In this document: positions 20,755-32,074 of the stretch, in pieces | Layout of the letters: each line of letters opens with the position of its first letter | How positions within the stretch are numbered: the first letter of the stretch is position 1 | Source: Octopus sinensis | Taxonomy: Eukaryota | Direction of reading: 5' to 3' | Length of the DNA stretch: 33,396 bases | Assembly: GCF_006345805.1 (NCBI RefSeq) | Contig: NW_021831898.1 | Coordinates: 1 to 33,396 of the forward strand | The notes under the pieces: model-generated | What the model was told of the DNA's origin: nothing | The model's database searches: none | The model's input: only the letters and a program-made list of their open reading frames with translations | Program-made: the position numbers and the translations under genes

Positions 20755-23700
20755 GTTGTATTGGCTGATATTGTTCAGAAAATCCTTTGACTGGAAGGAA
20801 GCTTTCCAGAAGATCCATAAGAGGCCGAAGGAGGAGCTGGTAGTGCTGGCAGTCTTACCTTAATGCCTGAGCAGCACATGCTATTAGCTTCATTTGATAA
20901 TTTGAAAGCTTTGCAGAAATGAGAATTTGTACAGAATTATCATTTTTATAAGACTAGGATGGATCATATATGAAAGCAGCTCCTGGAGTTGTGAAGAACG
21001 AATTTGCATGTGGTCTATTTCTGAGAGCTATTGTATTGGACTTCTGTCTAATCTGGCATGCTAAACATTGTTCTAATGATTCAGCATTAAGTGTTGCAGT
21101 ATGCCTTAGATAATCTTGGGAAAGTCTCATCACCCTTCCCTCTTGAGACTCCATTTGACGTGCTGCAGCATGCCTCTGCTGATCTTGGGAAAGTCTCATC
21201 ACCCTTCCCTCTTGAGACTCCATTTGACGTGCTGCAGCATGCCTCTGCTGATCTTGAGAAAGTCTCATCACCCTTCCTCTTGAGACTCATTTGACGTGCT
21301 GCAGCATGCCTCTGCTGATCTTGGGAAAGTCTCTCACCCTCCCTCTTGAGACTCCATTTGACGTGCTGCAGCATGCCTCTGCTGATCTTGTGAAGTCTCA
21401 TCACCCTTCCCTCTTGAGAACTCCATTTGACGTGCTGCAGCATGCCTCTGCTGATCTTGAGGAAAGTCTCATCACCCTCCCTCTTGAGACTCCATTTGAC
21501 GTGCTGCAGCATGCCTCTGCTGATCTTGGGAAAGTCTCATCACCCTTCCCTCTTGAGACTCCATTTGATGTGCTGCAGCATGCCGCTGCTGATCTTGGAA
21601 AGTCTCATCACCCTTCCCTCTTGAGACTCCATTTGACGTGCTGCAGCATGCCTCTGCTGATCTTGGGAAAGTCTCATCACCCTTCCCTCTTGAGACTCCA
21701 TTGACGTGCTGCAGCATGCCTCTGCTGATCTTGAGTAAGTCTCATCACCTTCCCTCTTGAACTCCATTTGACGTGCTGCAGCATGCCTCTGCTGATCTTG
21801 GGAAAGTCTCATCACCCTTCCCTCTTGATGAGACTCCATTTGACGTGCTGCAGCATGCCTCTGCTGATCTTGGGAAAGTCTCATCACCCTTCCCTCTTGA
21901 GACTCCATTTGACGTGCTGCAGCATGCTCTGCTGATCTTGGGAAAGTCTCATCACCCTTCCCTCTTGAGACTCCATTTGACGTGCTGCAGCATGCCTCTG
22001 CTGATCTTGGGAAAGTCTCATCACCCTTCTCTCTTGAGACTCCATTTGACGTGCTGCAGCATGCCTCTGCTGATTTGGGAAAGTCTCATCACCCTTCCCT
22101 CTTGAGACTCCATTTGACGTGCTGCAGCATGCCTCTGCTGATCTTGGGAAAGTCTCTCATCACCCTTCCCTCTTGAGACTCCATTTACGTGCTGCAGCAT
22201 GCCTCTGCTGATCTTGGGAAAGTCTCATCACCCTTCCCTCTTGAGACTCCATTTGATGTGCTGCAGCATGCCTCTGCTGATCTTGAGTAAGTCTCATCAC
22301 CCTTCCCTCTTGAGACTCCATTTGACGTGCTGCAGCATGCCTCTGCTGATCTTGGGAAAGTCTCATCACCCTTCCCTCTTGAGACTCCATTTGATGTGCT
22401 GCAGCATGCCTTTGCTGATCTTGGGAAAGTCTCATCACCCTTCTCTCTTGAGACTCCATTTGACGTGCTGCAGCATGCCTCTGCTGATCTTGGGAAAGTC
22501 TCATCACCCTTCTCTCTTGAGACTCCATTTGATGTGCTGCAGCATGCCTCTGCTGATCTTGGGAAAGTCTCATCACCCTTCCCTCTTGAGACTCCATTTG
22601 TGCTGCAGCATGCCTCTGCTGATCTTGGGAAAGTCTCATCATCCTTCCCTCTTGAGACTCCTTGATGTGCTGCAGCATGCCTCTGCTGATCTTGGGAAAG
22701 TCTCATCATCCTTCCCTCTTGAGACTCCATTTGATATGCTGCAGCATGCCTCTGCTGATCTTGGGAAAGTCTCATCACCCTTCCCTCTGAGACTCCATTG
22801 ATGTGCTGCAGCATGCCTCTGCTGATCTTGGGAAAGTCTCATCACCCTTCCCTCTTGAGACTCCATTTGATGTGCTGCAGCATGCCTCTGCTGATCTTGG
22901 GAAAGTCTCATCACCCTTCCCTCTTGAGACTCCATTTGACGTGCTGCAGCATGCCTCTGCTGATCTTGGGAAAGTCTAACCCTTCCCTCTTGAGACTCCA
23001 TTTGACGTGCTGCAGCATGCCTCTGATGATCTTGAGAAAGTCTCATCACCCTTCCCTCTTGAGACTCCATTTGACGGTGCTGCAGCATGCCTCTGCTGAT
23101 CTTGGGAAAGTCTCATCACCCTTCCCTCTTGAGACTCCATTTGACGTGCTGCAGCATGCCTCTGCTGATCTTGGGAAAGTCTCATCACCCTTCCCTCTTG
23201 AGACTCCATTTGACGTGCTGCAGCATGCCTCTGCTGATCTTGGGAAAGTCTCATCACCCTTCCCTCTTGAGACTCCATTTGATGTGCTGCAGCATGCCTC
23301 TGCTGATCTTGGGAAAGTCTCATCACCTTCCTCTTGAGACTCCATTTGATGTGCTGCAGCATGCCTCTGCTGATCTTGGGAAAGTCTCATCACCCTTCCC
23401 TCTTGAGACTCCATTTGATGTGCTGCAGCATGCCTCTGCTGATCTTGGGAAAGTCTCATCACCCTTCTCTCTTGAGACTCCATTTGATGTGCTGCAGCAT
23501 GCCTCTGCTGATCTTGAGAAAGTCTCATCACCCTTCTCTCTTGAGACTCCATTTGATGTGCTGCAGCATGCCTCTGCTGATCTTGGGAAAGTCTCATCAC
23601 CCTTCCCTCTTGAGACTCCATTTGACGTGCTGCAGCATGCCTCTGCTGATCTTGGGAAAGTCTCATCACCCTTCCCTCTTGAGACTCCATTTGACGTGCT

Positions 23701-26700
23701 GCAGCATGCCTCTGCTGATCTTGAGAAAGTCTCATCACCCTTCCCTCTTGAGACTCCATTTGACGTGCTGCAGCATGCCTCTGCTGATCTTGAGAAAGTC
23801 TCATCACCCTTCCCTCTTGAGACTCCATTTGACGTGCTGCAGCATGCCTCTGCTGATCTTGGGAAAGTCTCATCACCCTTCCCTCTTGAGACTCTATTTG
23901 ACCTGCTGCAGCATGCCTCTGCTGATCTTGAGTAAGCCTCATCACCCTTCCCTCTTGAGACTCCATTTGACGTGCTGCAGCATGCCTCTGCTGATCTTGG
24001 GAAAGTCTCATCACCCTTCTCTCTTGAGACTCCATTTGACGTGCTGCAGCATGCCTCTGCTGATCTTGAGTAAGTCTCATCACCCTTCCCTCTTGAGACT
24101 CCATTTGATGTGCTGCAGCATGCCTCTGCTGATCTTGGGAAAGTCTCATCACCCTTCCCTCTTGAGACTCCATTTGACCTGCTGCAGCATGCCTCTGCTG
24201 ATCTTGGGAAGGTCTCATCACCCTTCTCTCTTGAGACTCCATTTGATGTGCTGCAGCATGCCTCTGCTGATCTTGGGAAAGTCTCATCACCCTTCCCTCT
24301 TGAGACTCTATTTGACCTGCTGCAGCATGCCTCTGCTGATCTTGAGTAAGTCTCATCACCCTTCCCTCTTGAGACTCCATTTGACGTGCTGCAGCATGCC
24401 TCTGCTGATCTTGGGAAAGTCTCATCACCCTTCCCTCTTGAGACTCCATTTGACGTGCTGCAGCATGCCTCTGCTGATCTTGGGAAAGTCTCATCACCCT
24501 TCTCTCTTGAGACTCCATTTGACGTGCTGCAGCATGCCTCTGCTGATCTTGAGTAAGCCTCATCACCCTTCCCTCTTGAGACTCCATTTGACGTGCTGCA
24601 GCATGCCTCTGCTGATCTTGGGAAAGTCTCATCACCCTTCTCTCTTGAGACTCCATTGACGTGCTGCAGCATGCCTCTGCTGATCTTGGGAAAGTCTCAT
24701 CACCTCCCTCTCTGAGACTCCATTTGATGCGTGCTGCAGCATGCCTCTGCTGATCTTGAGTAAGTCTCATCCACTTCCCTCTTGAGACTCCATTTGACGT
24801 GCTGCAGCATGCCTCTGCTGATCTTGGGAAAGTCTCATCACCCTTCCCTCTTGAGACTCCATTTGACGTGCTGCAGCATGCCTCTGCTGATCTTGGGAAA
24901 GTCTCATCACCCTTCCCTCTTGAGACTCCATTTGACGTGTGCTGCAGCATGCCTCTGCTGATCTTGAGAAAGTCTCATCACCCTTCCCTCTTGAGACTCC
25001 ATTTGACGTGCTGCACAGCATGCCTCTGCTGATCTTGGGAAAGTCTCATCACCCTTCCCTCTTGAGACTCCATTTGACGTGCCTGCAGCATGCCTCTGCT
25101 GATCTGAGAAAGTCTCATCACCCTTCCCTCTTGAGACTCCATTTGACGTGCTGCAGCATGCCTCTGCTGATCTTGGAAAGTCTCATCACCCTTCCCTCTT
25201 GAGACTCTATTTGACGTGCTGCAGCATGCTCTTGCTGATCTTGGGAAAGTCTCATCACCCTTCCCTCTTGAGACTCCATTTGACCTGCTGCAGCATGCCT
25301 CTGCTGATTGAGTAAGTCTCATCACCCTTCCCCTTGAGACTCCATTTGACGTGCTGCAGCATGCCTCTGCTGATCTTGGGAAAGTCTCATCACCCTTCCC
25401 TCTTGAGACTCCATTTGACGTGCTGCAGCATGCCTTCTGATCTTGGGAAAGTCTCATCACCCTTCCCTCTTGAGACTCCATTTGACCTGCTGCAGCATGC
25501 CTCTCTGATCTTGAGTAAGTCTCATCACCCTTCCCTCTTGAGACTCCATTTGACGTGCTGCAGCATGCCTCTGCTGATCTTGGGAAAGTCTCATCACCCT
25601 TCCCTCTTGAGACTCATTTGACCTGCTGCAGCATGCCTCTGCTGATCTTGAGTAAGTCTCATCACCCTTCCCTCTTGAGACTCCATTTGACGTGCTGCCA
25701 GCATGCCTCTGCTGATCTTGGGAAAGTCTCATCACCCTTCCCTCTTGAGACTCCATTTGACGTGCTGCAGCTGCCTCTGCTGATCTTGGAAAGTCTCATC
25801 ACCCTTCTCTCTTGAGACTCCATTGGACGTGCTGCAGCATGCCTCTGCTGATCTTGAGTAAGTCTCATCACCCTTCCCTCTTGAGACTCCATTTGATGTG
25901 CTGCAGCATGCCTCTGCTGATCTTGAGTAAGTCTCATCACCCTTCCCTCTTGAGACTCCATTTGACGTGCTGCAGCATGCCTCTGCTGATCTTGGGAAAG
26001 TCTCATCACCCTTCCCTCTTGAGACTCCATTTGACGTGCTGCAGCATGCCTCTGCTGATCTTGGGAAAGTCTCATCACCCTTCCCTCTTGAGACTCCATT
26101 TGACGTGCTGCAGCATGCCTCTGCTGATCTTGAGAAAGTCTCATCACCCTTCCCTCTTGAGACTCCATTTGACGTGCTGCAGCATGCCTCTGCTGATCTT
26201 GGGAAAGTCTCATCACCCTTCCCTCTTGAGACTCCATTTGACGTGCTGCAGCATGCCTCTGCTGATCTTGAGAAAGTCTCATCACCCTTCCCTCTTGAGA
26301 CTCCATTTGACGTGCTGCAGCATGCCTCTGCTGATCTTGAGAAAGTCTCATCACCCTTCCCTCTTGAGACTCTATTTGATGTGCTGCAGCATGCCTCTGC
26401 TGATCTTGGGAAAGTCTCATCACCCTTCTCTCTTGAGACTCCATTTGACGTGCTGCAGCATGCCTCTGCTGATCTTGGGAAAGTCTCATCACCCTTCTCT
26501 CTTGAGACTCCACTTGACGTGCTGCAGCATGCCTCTGCTGATCTTGGGAAAGTCTCATCACCCTTCCCTCTTGAGACTCTATTTGATGTGCTGCAGCATG
26601 CCTCTGCTAATCTTGGGAAAGTCTCATCACCCTTCCCTCTTGAGACTCCATTTGACGTGCTGCAGCATACCTCTGCTGATCTTGAGAAAGTCTCGTCTCC

Positions 26701-27362
26701 CTTTTCTGTTGAGTCTCTCACCTTTGGTTTTCTGCAATTGTCCTCGCTTTATATGTGTTTGAGAGATTACATCTTTTCTTTGGTGGCATATTTTTTGCAG
26801 TATTGTAAAACAAAAAATTATGAACATAGACAAAATTATACATTAATCAATATTTTTGTAAGCAGTTGTATGTATGCAGTATGTTTGTATTTTTGTATGC
26901 TGTGTAAATTAACGAAATATAAGCAAATGAACAAAATAGAAGCACATGTATGGAACTGCTAATTTAACAGGAAATGCAACAATAATTATTACAGAGAGAC
27001 GAGGAATTTTATATTTTACCTTCCAACCTTGCAACTGTTGCGATAATTATTAACTGGTAATGGAACAGTAAATGTGTATTGTTTTAATGGAAATGAAAAT
27101 AAAAATTCCTATTCACACTGGCTACTTCACGCATGTCAGTTGTCAGGTATGTATGTGTAGATGTGTGTGTGTTTATTAATGTACTGTGTATAGTATGCCT
27201 GTATTTTTGTATGTAGTGTAAATTAATCCCCGAAAAGTACATGTTGACACTCCTGGAGTCTCATAGTATTTACCATGTAAAATTTGATTTGATTTCGTTC
27301 AGCCATTTGAGAATGCTTTGGAAACAGACAGCGATGCAAAGGATTTTATATATATATATAGA
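20755..27362 (-). mobile_element. Helitron, 5' portion only: 5' terminus, N-terminal ORF with expanded repeat, zinc-ribbon region; Rep and helicase domains absent
   Basis: The 5' end is A|TCTATATATATATATAAAATCC..CTCAAATGGCTGAACGAAATCAAATCAAATTTT at 27362. The ORF starts MPPKKRCNLSNTYKART (ATG 26789). After the repeats come AAFIYDPS, FCKAFKLSNEANSMCCSGIKVRLPALPAPP, PLMDLL and SKDFLNNISQYN, the usual Helitron pre-Rep motifs. Confidence 0.82.
21113..26717 (-). repeat. ~80 tandem 69-bp units encoding ESQEGRVMRLSQDQQRHAAARQM (STPR-like 23-aa repeat)
   Basis: The + strand unit is TCTTGAGACTCCATTTGACGTGCTGCAGCATGCCTCTGCTGATCTTGGGAAAGTCTCATCACCCTTCCC. About 5.6 kb divided by 69 gives about 81 units. 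There are no spacers. Confidence 0.97.
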
Positions 27363-27466
27363 TAGATATGTGATATCATTGTATATGATGGGGGTGGGAT
27401 TAGTGGAAAAAAATCATAAATTTTCAAACATTTTCCACATAAAATGCTTACCCCATCGTTTGCAAG

Positions 27467-27790
27467 ATCATCATCATCGTTTCACTGCTGGCATGGTTGG
27501 AAGGTTCAACTGGGGTCTGGGAAATCTGGAGGCTGCACCAGGCTCCAGTCTAATCTGGCATTGTTTCTGCAGCTGGATGCCCTTCCTAACGCCAACCACT
27601 CCGAGAGTGTAGCGGGTGCTTTTTACATGGCACTGGCCAGAAGGAGCTGGCGTCGACCATAATCTGATGGTGCTTTTTATGTGCCACTTGCACAGGAACT
27701 AGTCAAAGCAGTGCTGGCATTGGCCATGTTCGGATGGTGCTTTTTTGTGTCACTGGCACAGGAGCTAATCAGGGTGAGGGGGCTGGTGAC
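27467..27790 (-). mobile_element. Older RTE 3' UTR copy with (GAT)n tail
   Basis: Diverged match to 18864-19200 (GCTGGATGCCCTTCCTAACGCCAACCACTCC, internal units). Confidence 0.82.
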
Positions 27791-28220
27791 ATAAAAATAA
27801 ATTGGGAAAATCCCCATTAAAACAGAAAATATTGGTGTCTTGATCTGAAATTTTACCATTTTAGCCATTTTTGATAGCCCATTAAAATTTTATTGAAGTG
27901 TTGTCTCCAAAATCTCAAGATTTATTTAGTTCTATGCCATTTACAAATGTGTCAATCCTCAAGTTCCTATGACTTGTACTTTTGGATTTAGCTAGGTCTG
28001 AAAACACTGTGAAATTGACTGTGACATGTAACAAAATAGGCTTTACATAAATATTTTTAAAATTGTCAAAATGAAAGTTTTCTTTCCAAGAACACGAAAA
28101 AGATAAAATAGACAACTGCTCTATTACCATGGTTACTATTAATTTACATAATTTGAAGATGATTTTCACCTCAGTTTCAAAGATATGACATCACAAATAT
28201 GGCTAATTATTCATTTAGGC

Positions 28221-28515
28221 CAGTGGTTCTCAAAGTGGGCAGTATTGCCACCCTGGGGCAGTGTAAAGTTCCAAGGGGTCTTTGAAGAAAAGTGGGATGA
28301 TGATGGGGTAGTGATTCATGTAAAAATCTGGGTGGTAATGGGGTGGCAATTCATGTAAAAACCACAAAGTAATGGGTTCATTAGGTTGTTTTATTTGTGA
28401 AATACAGTTGCTTTGAACTTGCTATAGGAAGTCTGTGTTTGTGATGGTTAGTTTGGGAGGAATGTGGCTTGGGTGTCAAGGGTGCAGTAGCCCCCCAAAA
28501 GTTTAGGAATTATTG
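28221..28515. mobile_element. hAT-type (Charlie-like) MITE, 295 bp, with 8-bp target-site duplication
   Basis: Left end CAGTGGTTCTCAAAGT; degenerate right end AAGTTTAGGAATTATTG. Perfect flanking ATTTAGGC at 28213-28220 and 28516-28523. Confidence 0.8.
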
Positions 28516-29951
28516 ATTTAGGCTAATTAGGTAAGATTTCAACCATTTTGCTGACAATTCAAATTGTCATATTTACCAAAATATTCATCTAAATTTCATA
28601 AATGAGGTATCAAATGTTTTTTTTTTTTTTTTTTGGATGTTCTCCAAGAAAAAGTACAGTAGAAATTGCATTCAAATATTTTCAAAACTTCATAGTGGTA
28701 CCCACATAAAGAGCACAAAAAGTATAGGATAATCAGAGCTGTAATGCTTATAATCAAGCTTAGGTTCACTCAGTTTGTTCAGTGTGGAGAAGATCTGTAT
28801 TAAGGCAACAGCATAACTGGAGATTCAGTTTTGACTTTACTGTGCAGCACGTTGGGCATGTGTCTTCTACCAAAGATTTGAGCGAAATTTGCCAGGTAGA
28901 AAATGTAAAAACCTACTGGAGGATTATACTTGTTGGATAATAGATTTAACCTCTGGCTTGCTTTAACACCACCACCACCACCACCTTATACTTGGGTGCT
29001 TTTAATTAAATCCACTCTGTTGCAAGCATTCAGGGCAGGCCTCCAATCTGAGATGATGGTGGTGGTACCCTCTTCTTCATCCTCCAGTGTTAAACCATCA
29101 TTCTATGATGAATTAGTTATCAGAAAACAATTATACATTCATCCTATTGTATTGCAACTGCTTTAATAGTATTGATTAACTTTGGTTAGGAAAATCAATC
29201 AATAACTGATGTTCAGATTACTGTTGTTGGTGCTTAGCCCTGGACTCTACTAATTATGTAGAAATTTTATTTGTTTGACATATTTTACAAGCCTTTGTAG
29301 CTAAATATTGCTGAATATGAACCATCTTATTAATAATTGCCTCCAAACTATCACAATATCCTATTTAGGTTAGGAAGAACTACCAAACAAATCTAAGGTA
29401 AGTTACTATATTTAAACCTCTCAATGAACACCAGTTTCCCATTCACTCAGAATCTCATTGTTCAGTCCTCCTGATAGTTGTCAGTATTCATCGATACAAA
29501 TTGAGCTATAATTTGTTTAAACCTTAAACCTAGACAGGATCTCTTTTTATTAGCTGGTGGTGGGCAAATTTGTGAAGGAAAAAGAATAGTAATGTAGACT
29601 AATTAGTAAAGTAAATAGATTATTCATTCATTATATGAAAAGATTCTCTGATGTCCTTTCACCTACTACTCATGATTAGTGACAATATTAATTATTGTTA
29701 ATTACATATTTTTACAGCAACTTTCAGTTCTAACATTTGATAGATCACAGAATGCACTTCATCCTGCTTCAAATGTTGCTATAGAAACAATGGATTGTTG
29801 CTTACAAATTATGTTAGAAAAATAGCAACTCTTTATTTCAACTGATATCACATCACCCCTCTCCCATTCTAAACACATTTAGGACTATTGTTGTGAGAAG
29901 TGATTAGAATTATTGTTGTTGTACTGTTCACTGTTTTTTTTTTTCTATTCA

Positions 29952-30547
29952 CTGTAAGAGGCAGACCCTGGAAAACCTGGGACAAGGTGGTGAAGCACGA
30001 CCTTCGAACTTTAGGTCTCACCGAGGAAATGACTAGAGACCGAGACCTTTGGAAGTATGTTGTGCATGAGAAGACCCGGCAGGACAAGTGAGACCATAAC
30101 CTGTGGCCTCTACATGGGATGTAGCCAGTCCACTTATGCATACCTTTCCTTCTTGGGACACAAAACTCTACTTGTGAAGACCTGTTGAGGCAAGTGAAAA
30201 TCAAAATCAAAATCGATCAACATCAATGGAAATTGCAGCTGTGATACCAGTGCCGGTGGCATGTAAGAGAACCATCCGAACGTGGCTGTTGCCAGCACCG
30301 CCCCGACTGGCCTCGTGCCGGTGGCACGTAAAAAGCACCATCCGATCGTGGCCATTGCCAGCCTCGCCTGGCACGTAAAAAGCACCCACTACACTCATGG
30401 AGTGGTTGGCGTTAGGAAGGGCATCCAGCCAGCCGGAAAACATTGCCAGATCAGACTGGGCCTGGTGCAGCCTTCTGGCTTCCCAGACCCCAGTTGAACC
30501 GTCCAACCCATTCTAGCATGGAAAGCGGATGCTAAACGATGATGATG
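29952..30547 (+). mobile_element. RTE LINE 3' fragment: ORF end, 3' UTR and (GAT)n tail
   Basis: RGRPWKTWDKVVKHDLRTLGLTEEMTRDRDLWKYVVHEKTRQDK* parallels the end of the 19446-20750 ORF. The UTR is collinear with the reverse complement of 18864-19445. Confidence 0.88.
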
Positions 30548-31606
30548 TTACCATTGTTGTTCCGTTCTCTGTTGCTATAGTGTTTATTGTGCACCATTAA
30601 TGTTGTTAATGCATCAATGGGTGCAGCTGTTAGTTTGTCTGCTGCAACGGTTTATATTGAGTTATTGACATTGAATTTCATCTAATTCTGTGTTTGCAAC
30701 AATTCCAAGCAGCAGCAACAACAACAGTAATTACAGTATTAATATTTATTGACTTTTTAAGCTCATCATTGAAATGCTTGTGTAAATTTAGACTAATTAT
30801 TTTGAAATAATTACACTGATTAAATTATGTGTCACTTTCTGTTAGACATATGTATGTGTGTTTGTGCACACAAATATGGATGTGAAATGTTTACAAGGCC
30901 TTTCTGTTGTTTCTAAGAGGACAAAACTCCAGAGTAAAAGTAGAAGAAAGGCATAAAATAATAGTTGAAGCTTTTCTAGGCAATATATTTTAGTTGAGTG
31001 GTGTAAATCACAATTTGGTTTTTGTAAGAAAATTTTAATGACAAATCTTATGTATTTGTGATCCATGGGCTGATTCTCTGAATCTACTGAAGATGAGCTG
31101 ACTGGAGATGAACAACAACAACAACACTAACAGTTTTATGATTGTCTCCCTCAGTTTTGTATGTGTTGGGTCTTGCTTTTTTCTTAGAATAAAAAAACAT
31201 ATGGATCTTGAAGTTACATGCTGGGAATTTGTTATTTAATAGGATTCTTGTCTCTTTTGTTATATTTGTAAGGCAACCATCAGTCAATGCATGAAAAGTC
31301 TGTCTTGCTATGTATAACAAGCGTGTCATTTTATTTGCATAGTTATAACATGGGCTTGTTTAAATTCTTCTTATATAAAAATCTTACAACAAACATCTTA
31401 TCTACCAACTGTCACATTGGATTACACGTTAACTTATATTACACAAAAATAGAAGAAATGTACCTTATGCTTTACAAGTATAGAAGTAATTTACCCTGGT
31501 GTATATACATAGAAATATAAAGGTAACATACTTTATTGTATTCAGCAACCATTTTTTCATGTACTTCTCTCAAGCATTGATGAGGAACAAAAGGAGAGAG
31601 AAAAAT

Positions 31607-31946
31607 ACACACACACACAAAAGACAGGTTCCTTCAGTTTTTGTCTAGCAAATCTGCTCACAAGGCTTTGCTCAACCCAAGGTTATTGTAGAAGTTGCTT
31701 CCATCACTCTATCCAGCAGTTGTTTGATGAATTCCAGTCTGTGGATGCAGTCAGAATGCTTGCTGTGCCCCTTTCTGTTGACCACAGCTTCATAGCCTTC
31801 GTTGCAACTATCCCTATCACATTCTACAACCTTTACAGTGTTCTGGGTTCTGTACACATCGTTCTGGGTTCTGTGTCCACTGTGTGGGACAGAACCCAGA
31901 ACCATGTGGTTCAGAAGCAAACTTCTTACCACATAGTTTTATGCCT
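31607..31946 (-). mobile_element. tRNA-derived SINE, interrupted by a templated insertion
   Basis: The minus-strand head has A-box-like TATGTGGTAAG and B-box-like GGTTCTGTCCC. The 3' half is TTCTACAATAACCTTGGG..AAAGCCTTGTGAG..GGAACCTGTC plus (GT)n. The insertion occupies about 31700-31875. The family call is from recognition, not a search. Confidence 0.6.
31708..31842 (-). mobile_element. Inverted ~135-bp copy of the neighbouring Tc1/mariner fragment
   Basis: Reverse complement of about 32175-32313. The first 45 bp are identical; roughly 90% identity overall by eye. Confidence 0.85.
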
Positions 31947-32074
31947 TAGGCTAAATTTGGTGATTTTTATGTCCCCTTTTTTTTGGTGAACAGCTTGCTG
32001 TATTGGTGAACAATCAATGGTGTTGAAGAGCCTAAGGACTGAAGTTGTAGTTGAGAAAAACTCAGCTGAAATAG

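Noticed and set aside
21113-26717. 69-bp array as a CRISPR array
   Set aside because: The units are head-to-tail with no unique spacers, there are no cas genes and the context is eukaryotic.
21113-26717. Retrozyme/hammerhead in the 69-bp unit (GTGATGAGAC on the minus strand)
   Set aside because: The core would be GUGAUGA, and there is no GAAA after a stem II.
21113-26962. Long ORFs in the other frames of the array (LLILGKSHHP.., DLGKVSSPFP.., ETFPRSAEACC..)
   Set aside because: They are open only because the unit is a multiple of 3 and stop-free in four frames. Only the ESQEGRVMRL frame connects to the Helitron start and downstream motifs.
29369-29826. Possible host exons (AG|29369-29397|GTAAGT, and an acceptor near 29717 followed by a short ORF)
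   Set aside because: Only splice-like motifs in AT-rich DNA, with no recognisable protein similarity. RNA-seq would be needed.
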